From: Octopus vulgaris
Taxonomy: Eukaryota
Direction: 5' to 3'
NCBI GenBank assembly: GCA_951406725.2
Contig: OX597821.1
Location: 63,178,001 to 63,242,000 of the forward strand
Length of the DNA: 64,000 nucleotides
Shown piece by piece: positions 13,383 to 32,689 of this stretch. Below the pieces are notes generated by a model. The model searched no databases. It had not been told where the DNA came from and saw only the letters and a program-made list of their open reading frames with translations. A program made the translations under genes and the position numbers. How positions within the stretch are numbered: position 1 is the first letter of the stretch; each line of letters begins with the position of its first letter.

Positions 13383-13757
13383 GGAATACCAACTTTAGTC
13401 GAGCAAAGCGACCCGAGGACTTATTCTTTGTAAGCCTAGTGCTTATTCTATCGGTCTGTTTTGCCGAACCGCTACGTTACGGGGATGTTAACACCAGCAT
13501 CGGTTGTCAAGCGATGTTGGGGGGACAAACGCAGACACACAAACATGTACACACACACACACACACATACACATATATATATATATACATATATACGACG
13601 GGCTTCTTTCAGTTTCCGTCTACCAAATCCACTCAAAAGGCTTTGGTGTGCCCGAGGCTATAGAGAAGACACTTGCCCAAGGTGCCACGCAGTGGGACTG
13701 AACCCGGAATCATGTGGTTCGTAAGCAAGCTACTTACCACACAGCCACTCCTACGCC
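13382..13757 (-). mobile_element. SINE family A
   Basis: Reverse complement of family A; the 3' tail is lost at the (TTA)n tract. Confidence 0.9.
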
Positions 13758-15880
13758 TGGGAGTAAGTGAACGCTAGTCTTTGCTTAAACATCTCCCCGG
13801 TCTAAGAAAATTTTTTTGTGAAACATCTACGAATTTGTTTACACATTGATTAGAGAGTGAGACTGGCTCTCTGGAAAGGTTTCTTCATTCTTAGAATCAT
13901 AGTGATTCTAAGCCTTTCTACTATGTGTTACATAATATATGTATAAATTGCCGTAGCTAAGAAAGGCAAAGCATTCAATGAAATATTCCATGATTACGAC
14001 ATGTATCAGTATAGGCAGTAACCTTCTAAATACCAGCTGCAAGTGGCCCCCGATATTTTGATTACTGTGAAATACAGTATAGAGGACTGGGATGACTTAA
14101 AAGCCACTACCCAGAAACTTTAAGAGAAGCCACATCATTAGTGGAAATCGAGTTCTAACATCATGGATGCAACTGTGGCTGTTTGTAGATGTGTATCTGT
14201 GTAACCATAATAATCTAATTCGTAAGCACAACTAAAGGCATTCCAATAAACCGTAACGCATTAATAAATTAGCTATCATCTCCATTCATTAGGTTGTTAT
14301 GCCTTTGTGTCTTATTTGATTTTCTCGTGTTGCTGTTTATTATCTCTCTATTTTTTACAAATAATTTTTATGTTGCTTTGTTAATATTCGATATTAAACC
14401 TCGCAGGTCTCGTTCTCCCTCTATCGATATATTACGTATTAGCAATATACTGTACTAGAGAATAAAACCTATGCTACTTATTTATATAAACCGAGATTCA
14501 TGTCTTCAACCTCAAATCGATATACTGTCTGATTGATCATTTTATATTCGCATTAAGCAAAGCAAATGTAGCCTCTTGTGAAGATGGAGGACTTATTTAA
14601 TTTCTTAAGGGAATTCTTCTTGAAAAAGTCATCTTATTCATGCTGCTTTAAAAATAGAGGGGAAAAAATGAGATAAGACATTTCTATTTCCATCAAAATC
14701 TGGGCTAGCTATTTCACACTTTTTTATTTATGTGAAGAACTTTATGAAAGAAAATCTATTTAGTCTATTTTATAGATAAAAAAGTATAAAAAAAGAAACA
14801 ACTTTTTCATATTTTTTTCTGTAGAACTTTAAAAGTTGGTGCTTCAATGTATATTGTTCGGCCTCTCCGTTTATCAGATATTCATTCTAATGCATCTTGC
14901 ATAAATAATTGATGCTGAGCTTTTAAGGAAAAACGTTCTGAAGAAAATAGAAATAGAGTTCTTAGAATTGACATCGTAGAACATAATTTTCTTGATAAAT
15001 TTTTGTTTCTATTTTTATAAATTGGATTTTCAATTATATTCGATTTCGTGAAAAATAACTGTGAAGTTGAAACTGTGTAGAATATTTTTGAGACCAAATT
15101 AATATTTCACGTATCTATATGCCATCGCTGTAAATATAACGTATTTTGTTACTTTCGTATTTCGAATCTGATCACGATTAGCTAAACGCTGCTGATTATT
15201 AGAATAAGATAATGTCTAGACATAAACAATATTTACTTGGGTAAATATACAGTTACAATAAATTCGGGATACTAGTTCGTCAGTTCTAATAACATTCGCT
15301 GCTTAATTGTTTCATGGAAGATCATTTGTCTCAATTCCTTTAAAGTCGAAAATCAATAACTCTAATATAAACGTAAAGTGAGAGTAGGAATTTACTCGTC
15401 TCTAGATATTGCTGTTAGATTTGATTTGCATAATGTTAGTGTTCAGATATAATACAACTAAGTAAAAATAGGATACATGAAAATGAAAATAACAGAATCC
15501 CAGAGATAAGTCAGTAGAGTGGTGGCCTTCTATATAAATATTATCATATTATTATGTCAGTTTATTATTTATTTTAATTAATGGAGAGGGTTTCCTAAAG
15601 AAAGAAATCTGTTACTAAACTAAACATTTTATGTTAATAAATAACTGTAGTGTATTGCCCAGCATATGTATGTATATGATGTATATATATATATATATTC
15701 AGAGAGAGAGAAAGAGAGACAGACAGATAGACAGACAGAGAGGGGAGAGGAGATAGGAAAGTCAAAGTTATGCACACATACATAATATATACATATGCTT
15801 CTAAATATATATACATGTATATATAGGTGTGTGTATATGTATACATATATATATGTGTGTGTGTATATGCATATCTGTGC

Positions 15881-15929
<49 letters not shown>

Positions 15930-15967
15930 ACATATATATATAAGTATGTATGTATATATATATATAT

Positions 15968-16135
15968 ATTGGTAAAAACAGTAAGATAACAAAAGAAAGA
16001 AAGAGACCTCGATATTATGTAAATAGAAGAAATTTATCTTTAAAATAATATGTTACAATTACTCAATAGTCAAGATAAAACTCTGAGTTTCAGATGCCGA
16101 AGTGGAAATCCACAACACCATCTCTTGGTATATGA
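15968..16135 (-). mobile_element. Short Penelope-tail-like repeat
   Basis: Reverse complement is nearly identical to 39733-39866. It contains GGCATCT GAAAC TCAGA GTT, the 3' half of a hammerhead. Confidence 0.7.
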
Positions 16136-16907
16136 TTATTTATATATATTTACTTGCTCCCCTACCTTTTTATTCTTTCATGACTCGTTCCTATTTTACT
16201 AGTATTCTTTATTAGTGTATCATTCATCTTTAGCTGGCTTATATTGCTTGCATATCTAGTTGACGATTACTTACAGATTATATCTTGTTTTTCGCAATTT
16301 GCCATTTTTTTCTTCATCATAAATTAACTGATATCACTTGTTACGAAACCTAGTTTTCATATACGTCATAGGACCTTTAGATATTAAGTCTGGTGTGAAC
16401 GCAGCTAGCAGCGTTGTGGTAATGGTTACGTGATTGGCTCATCTGCTTACATATTTCGACGGTGTCGAAACTGTCGTGACAATAGATCTGCCCTTGCGCA
16501 CCATGGGGTTTACTCCGCTTGCAGTTTAGAGCATCGTTCCAAAGAAAACTCACTCTGTATTTTTGTTGTGTATTTACCCAAATATCAATAAGAAATTCCG
16601 TCTCGCTCTTGTCACTTCATGCGATTCTTGAATAACTTTATTCCCTGCGTATGCATGCTTTCCGACATATTAGACGTATGCCAAAGCCGCAACACACCTA
16701 AAATGAAACTCGTATATTTCCATTCGTGCACACATTTATGCATACACATACACATACATTCATACACAACCTCTCACACTCACAACACGCACACATATTT
16801 CTACATATATTCGAATATATAAAATATATATTTACATATACTTATATATATATATATGTGTGTGTGTGTATGTGTATATATATATGAATATATATACATC
16901 TCTCTAT

Positions 16908-17110
16908 ACTTTTATTCTCTTAATTGTTTCCGTCATTTGACTGCGGCCATGCTAGAGTCAGGCCTTTAGTCGAGAAAGTCGACCCCAGGTCTAATTCTTT
17001 TAAATCAGAGTACTTATTCTATAGCTGATTTCTGCCGAACCGCTAGGTTATGGGGGCGTAAACACACTAACATCGGTTGTCCAGTGATAGGACAAACACA
17101 GATACTCAAG

Positions 17111-17150
<40 letters not shown>

Positions 17151-17314
17151 AATACGATGGACTTTCAGTTTCCATCTGCCAAATCCACTCAAAAGAACTT
17201 GGTCGGACCGAGTTTATAGTAGAAGACACTTGCCCAAGGGGCCACGCAATGGGACTGAACCCGGAACCATGTAGTTGGGAAGCAAGCTTGTTACCACACA
17301 GCGTGGCCTGCACC
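16908..17314 (-). mobile_element. SINE family A
   Basis: Reverse complement of the family A head, CORE and tail. Confidence 0.88.
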
Positions 17315-17960
17315 TGTATACATCTATGTATGTAGATATACATATATGTGTGTGAGAGAGAGGGAAATGGAACGAAAGGAAAAAGAAAGAAAGAAAGAAG
17401 GAAGGAAAGAAAGAAGGAAATAATGAAAGAATGAAAGGATGAAAGAAAGAAATAATGAATGAAAGAAAGAGAAAACACATATCCCACGCTAACTAACACG
17501 TTGTTCTATATTTATGCTTATTTTCAAACGCAAATAGTTTATGATAAATGCATCAGCTCACACACCATTCTCCCACATGACTCTTGTATAGCGTTTCCAC
17601 CACGATATTTTGCCCCACCTCCCGCTTTCTTCCTCTGTACTTTCTCGTTTTCAATACAAATAAACTTTATCACACTTCTTATACATATTTTATCACTCTT
17701 CATATGCTTTTACTCTCATTTCTTCTGGTGAAGAGCTAACGTTCAAAATGCTAAGAAATATTATCTCTCTGTTGAAGCGTTAAGTTATTACTTGTATATT
17801 TTCCAACCATTGTTCTTCCTTAATCGTCGTTTTTCAGGTTGTTATCACTAACCGTATTTATAGAAACGGCGAAGACGATTTAGAGAAACATACATAGATA
17901 CACAGAAAGTCAGAAACACACACACGCACAGAGTCACGCGTGTGTGCATATATATGTATG

Positions 17961-18021
<61 letters not shown>

Positions 18022-18059
18022 GTAGTTCACTTATTCTGTTGCTATTTTTAACTTTTAAT

Positions 18060-18500
18060 AGTGCATCCACTATATTGTAGCATGTGATTTATTTCTTCGA
18101 TGGTCGATCTCTTCCATCTTTACTATGAGACGTTTGCCACAGAATTTCAGGAATAGGCTATTTCTTCTCACACCAACGTCTACCAATAAACATCAACTTG
18201 CGCTTCATAATGGGCCCGTAAAATACGCAATGTCTTAGTAAACCTCTCTGTTAGTCATACTTTAGGACCATGAACTGTTTAGGACAGTCCGTAACATTTC
18301 TGATGCACGTGAGATTAAGAGTTTTCTTCATGATAATAGCGAGTGTCCATGTTATTAATCCATACATTAAGATTCGTTTGATTCAATATCTTCTCTGATG
18401 AAGTTTATTCGTTTCTGCGGAGGATTAGATTTTCATATTCTAAATTCTATCTACACAATTAAGTAAGCGTGTCCCATGCTTTACTGTGCAAGAGTTCTAA
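18060..18500 (-). mobile_element. RTE/RTE-X LINE 3' fragment
   Basis: Minus translation across frameshifts: LMYGLITWTL..MKKTL, MLRTVLNSSWS*SMTNREVY, IMKRKLMFIG, ILWQTSHSKDGRDRP (cf. LLYGCETWTL...RMLR...W...GRP). Confidence 0.8.
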
Positions 18501-18507
18501 AATAAAC

Positions 18508-18562
<55 letters not shown>

Positions 18563-18566
<4 letters not shown>

Positions 18567-18710
18567 GTGTTGTGTCTTGGGAGAGTCATTCTCTTTTAGT
18601 GCCTTATTATTTAACACACTCACCGGTAAATTTTCCAATCATTTACTTATTTATTTTTCTAAAATTTTCGTTGCGTCTTGCAACCTTTCAGCATTGAAAA
18701 GTTGCATATA
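18563..18710. mobile_element. Short (TA)n-anchored repeat with partial inverted end
   Basis: ttttcgttgcgtcttgcaacctttcag followed by the inverted half ttgaaaagttgca. The minus strand reads CTGAAAG-GTTGC-aagac-GCAAC-GAAA, a degenerate hammerhead-like motif. Confidence 0.5.
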
Positions 18711-19019
18711 CACACACAAACATATGTCTGAGTGCGTCTGTTCACACACGAAAACACGTACGTAAGCATATTGTACATATTCAGACATACAAGCAAAGAA
18801 CATATATATATTAATTTTGAGAGATCATAAAATTGTCCTTTCTCGATATTCGTCTCAATTATTATTATTCTTTTCTTTTCTTTTTGCGACATGCCTGTTT
18901 TGTTAGGATCGGGAGCTTTTATTTATTAAAAGATCGAAAATTGCTCATATCCTACAACCAATATTTAAGCGTTATTGTTTAAATTTTGAGACAAAAATGT
19001 TAGTTTAAGTTATCTTATA

Positions 19020-21500
19020 TTACAATATTCATGAATCAATAATATCGGTATAACACAAATGGCAGGATTGCATCCTTGTTGGCTAGAAATTACAGAGTCA
19101 TTTCTTATCCTGGCCATAATTGCAAACAATTATGTATATAACAGACAAAAGTATATCAAATTGAATTCGTATTCTCATGCAGATAATTTTGGCTCAGTTT
19201 CCGACCAAGAATGCATGTGAAATATCTTTAAGCCTGCAACCCAACCTTCGTAGGATTCCAAAATCTCAGTGAGTAATCGTTGACGTTTTGTGTCATGGTG
19301 AATAGAAGATAATAGTGATATGGCCCCAAATCGTTCAGACATGAAGATTTTCTGGAGGTTTATGTATTTTCCTACATTTTCCTACCTACTCGTCTAGGTA
19401 AACCTCTCTCAAATATAAATCTGCAATGACATTCCAGAATGTTACTAAATAAGTTTATGAAGAAGTTTAATTGTCCCTAACAGTTGTCTGAAATGGAAAA
19501 ACATTAAACTCCAGTGTGTACCAGCCATAATTCTATCTTCTGGCGAAATAACGTTTTAATCAGTTGCATTTCATTGGAATGTTTCATGATAATCTGAGTC
19601 GTTTCTCCAATACTCGATGTATTAAAAAGTTCATTCAGTATTGGATCCTGATGCACTTTGTTAACCATTTCGTCGGTGATTATCAACCGGTGATTAATAT
19701 GGTAGCTAAAGCGTTGCATCCACGACTTTCAAGTGAGCATCATTTCTCTGTATAGGGACTGTTCTTACAAGTCAATACAATTATGATACATCTAAGTCAA
19801 TGTTTCATACATAGCTTTCAGTTTACTGTGTCAAGTTTCTTCCTGCTCTCAAGCGATCTACTGATCGTTTTCTCATTATGTGATTTCCTTTCAAGCTAAA
19901 GGCTTTTTATCAAGCATTCTTTGGATGTAGAGTGGTGAACTTTGTAGAGCAAAATATTATCTAATATATCGATTACTAAAAGCAAGCATTAATCATTATT
20001 TGTATGAGTTTTTTTCCGAAACCTTCCTATGGATTGGCTGCAAAGTAAAGGCCATTACTGTCTAAATACATTTTAATACATAAGGATGTCTAACAAATCT
20101 ATGGTTACAAGATTTGTTTCAAGTTTGTCCGGTCACGATTTTTCTGTTTGAGCAGTTGAAGAAAAACTTCCATTAATTCTTTCATGTTCCAAAATAGTAT
20201 GTGCCTCGGGAAACTTACAATTACTTCACGCTTATTCAAGCCGTTAGAATTGATTTTATCAATGCACATGATACATTATACATTATTTCTAGATTCATTG
20301 GCAGCCATTTTGACTGAACGCATCTTGTTTCATATTCTGCATATTGGTTTGATTTTTGGAATTGAATATCTATATGGCATTTGCTAACCTTCCGAGACTA
20401 CAAATATCGCTGAAGTTAATTTTAAACTTGGCAGTTTCACAGAAAGAAAATTCCATAATTCAGAAATCCAAAAGGTGGATTTTTAGTCTTTTTTTAGAAA
20501 GGATAGGACTAGGTGCAGTGTTTAGTATTGGCCATTCCAAGTGAGAAACAATGAGTGAAGAATTTAATGAGTCGGGGGACAAACGTAGATATTCTAAGAT
20601 ATATATCAGGGCCTTCTGTTGTAAATGGAAAAAAACACAAGGAGGTGATAGTATATTTCTTGGTCAAATGTGGGAGCACGATAAAAATGATTTCTAACCA
20701 ACCAGTTTTGTGGAAATTTTGCCAAGATAAGTTTTGTCTCTGGTGTTTGTATTTGCAACCGTGTCCCAGATTTGGAAACAATAGTCCATGTGTTTCAACT
20801 GAACTTTGACAAGAATTGGTTGTTGTTACACAATCAACTTTTATCTTGCTCTGAAGGAGAAGGTCAATATTTGACTTAAACCTTTGGTGCATTGAGCATG
20901 CACGAATGCTAGTTGATATTTGCTGAAAAGCTAAATTCATAATTTTATAGAGACATCGGATATTTTAATGTTGTTTTCCTGGTTGTCTTTGAGATGTTGG
21001 AGAAATGTTTCAAGGTATACTTAATTGATAAGTATAAGTTTTGTGTGACATATCTGTTTGTAGATGAGGCTTGGTCGCGTAACGGTAGACATTATAAGTT
21101 TTATCATGAGCATAGGATTCATTGCTGTGGTTAATGGTAAACATGTCAGTAACGTAGAATAAAAAGAGTGTGCAAAAACCTGATAGAGGGAGGGTTAAAA
21201 TGTGTTTAACCGGTGAACGCCACAATAGTGTTTGCTAACACAAAGTTTCCGAGCCAACACGGCTAATGGCTTAGCTAGTAGGTTTTAATAGCTAAACCAT
21301 TCGTAAGAAGGTTTATCAAGTGCAACAAAAAAGTTTTCACAAATCTTCCCATGATGTGAGCCCAATATGGAGTGTCACAGGAACGATAGTTTCCAATAGA
21401 TCTAGCACTACTCATGTGTGTAACAGGAAGCTCTTGGCAAAATTATCTAGAACGCATGGAGAGTCTCTGTGAAGTACTTGTTTATAGAGACAATAGGCTT
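19020..21500 (-). mobile_element. Heavily decayed RTE-clade LINE (endonuclease to RT N-terminal half)
   Basis: Ordered minus-strand remnants: LDLLET (LSET), GLAIKT (GFAIK), HGLLFPN..KHQRQNLSW (HxLxITN..KTSW), WMQRFSYHINH..ITDEMV..Q.PILNEL, ISPE, LLHKL, AISLLS (GISLLS). May be the same element as 18060-18500. Confidence 0.72.
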
Positions 21501-22147
21501 TACAAGTGAGAGAAAAGAAATCGATTTATAGGCAGAGTGGCATAGTGAAAGGAATGCCTCCGGAAAGTGCTATTCACGGTGGCTTCATTGCCCTTCAACA
21601 ACTTCAGATTTGTGTCAAACCATTCGGCTTAAAGGAGATCATGATTTCTCCAACCTTTGTAGGTTCTGCTCTGCAGCTATGGGCCCCATGAACGGAAAAG
21701 TATGACATTGGTAGGAATTTTATGAGCAAATCCTGCAAAAATATTTGTAACTAGAATGGCCCAATAATTCTGCTCGGTCAAAATCTGCTACTCGGTTTTG
21801 TGATTTCGAATCGTTTATTATATATTTCTATTTGCTTTACGTTACCGTCTTTAACTGTCGTAAATTTTTGAAACGCATATACACCCAATCTTAAACCAGA
21901 ATGTCTAATGGTCTGAGGTTACGAATATATGTAGGAGAATAGAGCAGTATTTAAATAACTATGTAACTGTTCCAATTTCACATATTGTTTTTTTCATTAC
22001 TATATAATTATTTTTAAAAACATGTCCTTTCATTCACATTTAATAATATCAAAATTTGTAATGATTACATCAGCCGATATAACGATAATGAGATTCATTC
22101 TCAAATGTACATAAATATACATTGCCAACTATACACATACGAAAGAG

Positions 22148-22195
<48 letters not shown>

Positions 22196-22311
22196 TACAT
22201 ACGTGTATACATATACATATATACATATATATATATGAATACACACAGACACATTTACATATACACAGGGACAAACACAATCCCACACGTTCTCGCACAC
22301 AGGCACACACG

Positions 22312-22379
<68 letters not shown>

Positions 22380-22457
22380 TTTATATATATATATATACAT
22401 GCATATATACACACCTTGTTTAATTATATAAATATATGTACCTGTTATACATTTCAG

Positions 22458-22631
22458 CACCTTGCTCAGCTCAGCCGCCAAATATTGAAAATGGAAGGCG
22501 TGTTTATATTGGATGGAAGCATGGTGATAGAGCGAAATATATGTGTTTTCAAGGATTTCGCTTACGTGGAGATTTACACATGACATGCAGATTTGGACGG
22601 TGGGTAGGTTCGAGACCTTACTGTGATGAGA
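22458..22631 (+). CDS. lev-9: Penultimate coding exon, CCP/sushi domain of a LEV-9/Hasp-like protein
   Basis: Acceptor atttcag|CA and donor GA|gtaagt define a 174 nt phase 1-1 exon: [57 protein letters not shown]. It has the canonical 4-Cys plus Trp sushi pattern. Confidence 0.92.
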
Positions 22632-23562
22632 GTAAGTATATGCATTCATACTATTGTCTCTATTTTGTTTATTGCATAATATGTATTGCACAATTGTTAT
22701 GATTCATAAAAAGGGTAAAAAACCAGTTAATTGATGTTGTGAGAAACAATGAAAGGCAAAAATTTATTGATGGAAGATTAACCCAAATACCTTCACTATG
22801 TACATTTCCTGACGCCCTATTGATTCTATCAGTCCACCGATATTAGCATCAAGAGTAACAAAATCTGCAGGTATGTCAAGAGAATTAAACCCCCGAGCTG
22901 GGAGAATTGAATCATTGAATCTGTAGTAACCCAATCATACGTTCAATGGTTAAACGCAAGTAACAAAATGATGGTAAATTTTAATCGCTTAGAATGTACA
23001 AGTCAAATGGCAGAATCAGAAATAACCGGAAACAGAAGACGAGAATATCAAAATACATATGCTACTATGGAATATATATTATTACTGATAATAATTATTT
23101 TCATCACTACGGTAAATGATAGTGTGACGCAGGTGGCAATAGCTAAAAATAGTCAATGTAGCAAGCAACGATTTTGGTCCAACATGTCTGACACGAGTTA
23201 AAATGAGCAGAAATATCAATTACATGTCCATCATAAGTTTTATTCAAAGCACCTGACAGCAAAAACTTGGTTAAATAAATTCCAGTCGATACCTTTCTTA
23301 ATCAGAAAGAGGATGAGATTGAGTGTCTTAAAATTTATTTTCCATTACAATACTGTCAGATGTAGATGCTGTTGAAGGTTTCTATTTTTTTTCTGCATCA
23401 TATGCAGAGTGACAGATGAATTAGAGAATTTAAAGTAAAAGAGAAGCAATTACATTTCGTAGAATTAATATATTATAATGCATTATTTCTCGCTTCGATG
23501 CTCGTATTATGTATATGTGAATTCAGTCGTCTTAATACGGTCTATAATATGTACATATTTTA

Positions 23563-23911
23563 TGAGGTACAGGGAGAGATTCAACAGAGGCTATAGTAGA
23601 AAACGAACGCAATAGTATACAGGGATGCTTGAATTTATAAAGATATTCAGCATTTAGTTATTTATTAGCGCTAAAATCAACACTACTCTCTGTTCGGCTA
23701 CTGGTGTCCACACTGCGTCTACGTATGGCTTCTTATTGCTTCTGTGGAGAGAAGGAAAGTAATGCCTGTTACACCTCATATTTCCAAGGCGGAGAAAATG
23801 TGTCTTAAGCTGGTCTTGTGCCCATAGGATCCAGAATCGGGGTCTTGATAGAATTGTTTGTCCTCTCGGGATCAGTTCTCTCTGGATTTTTGATGAGCCG
23901 ATCGGGGACGG

Positions 23912-23915
<4 letters not shown>
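23563..23915. mobile_element. Intronic TG...CA-bounded insert (possible solo LTR)
   Basis: 353 bp, GC-richer; starts TGAGG and ends GTTCA, followed by (TA)n. Internal tttatt is AATAAA on the minus strand. Confidence 0.35.
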
Positions 23916-23989
<74 letters not shown>

Positions 23990-24283
23990 TATGTGTGTGT
24001 AAATACACATAGCTGTTATGCACTTCTAAAAGTTTAGAATAATAGAGATTGTCGCTATTTCAGAGTTTCGATTTACTTATATTTTCTAGAAGAGAAAATA
24101 TTGCTGTATTACTCAAGCAAACTATTAATATTAGAGATGAATATCCACTTTCTGAATAATTAGTTCTGAAAATGCGTTATAACATTTAAAGTTTTACTTT
24201 TCCCTGAGAATAAAATGCGTAAATGTATCTGATCTGTGTTTAAATTAGTCAAGAGATTTATATTTCCTTTCTTTTATTTTCAG

Positions 24284-24570
24284 TTTTTTGCCCAAATCCC
24301 GGGAAGCTTGAAAACGGAAAGATTCATAAAAAGGGCCAAATCGGGAAATTTGAATTTAAAGCCTATATTGTAACTATAAGACATGGTGATCGTTTATTAT
24401 ATGAATGTGACCGTGGTTATGAACTAGACGGAGCAAGTGGTGCTACTTGTGTTGATGGAAATTGGAGTCCAATTGATAAACCAGAGTGCAAACCAGGCCA
24501 GCATCCAATTTTGCACAAGCTATGGAAACCTATAGAGGAACAAGCTCATTCTAATCAGTATTACTTGTAA
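24284..24570 (+). CDS. lev-9: Terminal coding exon, last CCP/sushi domain of a LEV-9/Hasp-like protein
   Basis: Polypyrimidine tract plus cag acceptor; in frame with the previous exon (A|TT = Ile): IFCPNPGKLENGKIHKKGQIGKFEFKAYIVTIRHGDRLLYECDRGYELDGASGATCVDGNWSPIDKPECKPGQHPILHKLWKPIEEQAHSNQYYL*. The G-x-x-G-x-[FY]-x-[FY] insertion, GATC..G.WSP and GQHP match the C-terminal CCP of LEV-9/Hasp as I recall it. Missing from the ORF track because it has no start codon. Confidence 0.88.
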
Positions 24571-25029
24571 TTGAGAAAGGAAAATGAGAACGTCGTGGGA
24601 GACATAAGATGGCGAAAAGAAAAAATTCAAAGATATAGAAGCTGAAAAATAAGATTAAATACATCAGAACTAAACACTATACAGAAATGGATTCACATAA
24701 TGATGTCTGATTTAACATAAAATAAAATCAGATATTCATATTCTTTTGAGAATATACATTTCTTTCATGGGAATATACACAAGATTGGCATGCTAATTAT
24801 GAAGCATGTTGCGAAATTGGTTCATTTCCTTTCGACTTGTAGGTATGATTTGATTGAGAGGACAGTTCCTTCTAAAGCAATTCCTATGAGGATGAAGCAT
24901 AACGGGCTATTTGAATATAGCTGACATTTCTAACGAAGTGGTATGTCAAATATACTCATTATATTAAGCGTATGATCAAATCAAAGCTTAAGACGAAGCG
25001 TGCAATATCATATACATACATAAAATGAG

Positions 25030-30880
<5,851 letters not shown>

Positions 30881-31419
30881 ACCCTTATATATGTATTAAG
30901 TTTATAAACATTGGGCTATACCATTAAATGACGATTAAAAAAAACGAAGCTGATTAAGATCAGTTGTTTATATATTCAGGAAATCATTCCTCATGTTTAC
31001 ATTGAAATCTCAGAGTTTTAATATAACTATCCAGAATTTGAAGCATACCAGTTTGGTTGTACGAAATAACATATTTGGTAAGAAAAAAAAACGATGAAAT
31101 AAAATTTTCAAATAAATTACTGTATTTTGTCATTTGAATATTTTACACACTTAATCGGACACCTATACATATACTGACACACTGATAATTACAAAATACA
31201 ATATTTTATGTTATTGCTTTTCAGAGTCAGCTCAGGCTTGACAGAACAGATGTGTGGTTTGCATGTAGCCGGCTCTGATTCTATGTATAATCTATATAAG
31301 CGACAACATGATCGCTAGCTGATATGTATAATGCAAACATCGATCTCTAGCGAAGGATAATTTTGAATGCATCAAGGTATTTTGCAAATACTGCAAATTT
31401 TCCAGCGTCTTGCCAATTT

Positions 31420-31790
31420 TGTAGTTGTGGTGATGGTGGTGGTGGTGGTGGTGCTGCTGCTGCTGGTGGTCGTCGTGGTGTTGGTGTTGGTGGTTGTGGT
31501 GGTGCTCGTGGTGGATGTAGTGGTGGTGGTGTTGGTGGTGTTGGTGCTGGTGGTAATCGTGGTGGTTGTAGTGGTAGTGGTGGTGCTGTAGGTGGTGTTC
31601 GTGGTGGGGGTAGTGGTAATGGTGTTGGTGGTGTTGGTGGTGGTGCTGGTAGTGGTTGTTGTAGTGGTAGTGGTGGTGTGGTAGTGGTGGTGCTGGTGGT
31701 GGTGTTCATGGTGGGGGTAATGGTGGTGGGGGTAATGGTGGGGGTGGGGGTGTAGTGGTGGTGTTGGTGGTGGTGTTGGTGGTGTTTGTG
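31420..31790. repeat. Degenerate (GGT)n microsatellite
   Basis: Direct reading; source of the Gly-, Val- and Pro-rich ORFs. Confidence 0.93.
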
Positions 31791-32054
31791 ATTACTAATT
31801 ATTTGCAGATCATCCCTGTTTGACCATTTGTGTTTACAGATATTTCAACACTGGCCTTTCTATCCCTTGTGTGTCTTACAAATACATTGTTCATTATGTC
31901 TCATTTCGCAAGGCATTGAAATGTGATGTGAATAGATGTGGGTTCTATTTAACGTAGCTGGAGGAATCACGTTGACCTTCTTTCCCCCGTTTTTAATCGC
32001 GCTCGCGCTCACCTTTGGTTCACTTATATTTAGACTTATCGTTTTATCTTTTTT

Positions 32055-32362
32055 TTTTACTTGTTACAATCATTTCACTACTGCAATGCTGAATTGTTTT
32101 AATCGACCATAGGATTTTTATTTTTGAAGCCTAGTATTTATATTATCGATCTCATTCTTGGCGAACCTCTATATAACGGGGCGTAAACACATCAACACCG
32201 GTTTTCAAGCGCTGGTGGGTGACAAGAAATAGACACAAACAAACACACATTGATATATAAAAACAAATATGTGTGTGTATACATATATATATATATATAT
32301 ATACATACATACGTATATATACATATGTATATTTATATATATATACACATATGTATATATAA

Positions 32363-32403
<41 letters not shown>

Positions 32404-32550
32404 ACGGGTTTCTTTCAGTTTACATCTATCAAATCCACCTAGAAGGCTTTAGTCGGCCGTGGCTATAGCAAAAGGTGCCATGCAGTTAGACTTAACCCAG
32501 AATTATATAGTTGGGAAGCAAGCTTCTCAACATACAGCCATGCCTGCACC
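32055..32550 (-). mobile_element. SINE family A, degenerate
   Basis: gacgggtttctttcagtttacatctatcaaatccac...cagccatgcctgcacc. Confidence 0.8.
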
Positions 32551-32689
32551 TATTTTGAAATTGTTTGTAAAATGTGGACTTGATTATTTAAAACCAAAAT
32601 CGTTGTTTTAATCAAGTCTTTTCCTGCTTTATTATTGAACTGTCTCATTTATGTAGACAGAAGCATAACCAGCCACAGTACAACAGTTG

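Noticed and set aside
16408-16590. Open frame RCGNGYVIGSSAYIFRRCRNC..., superficially sushi-like
   Set aside because: No conserved Trp or terminal Cys spacing, no polypyrimidine acceptor, and wrong phase for a CCP exon.
31347-31755. Pro-rich and Gly-rich ORFs resembling extensin, formin or glycine-rich proteins
   Set aside because: Degenerate (GGT)n repeat open in several frames; no domain or convincing splice context.
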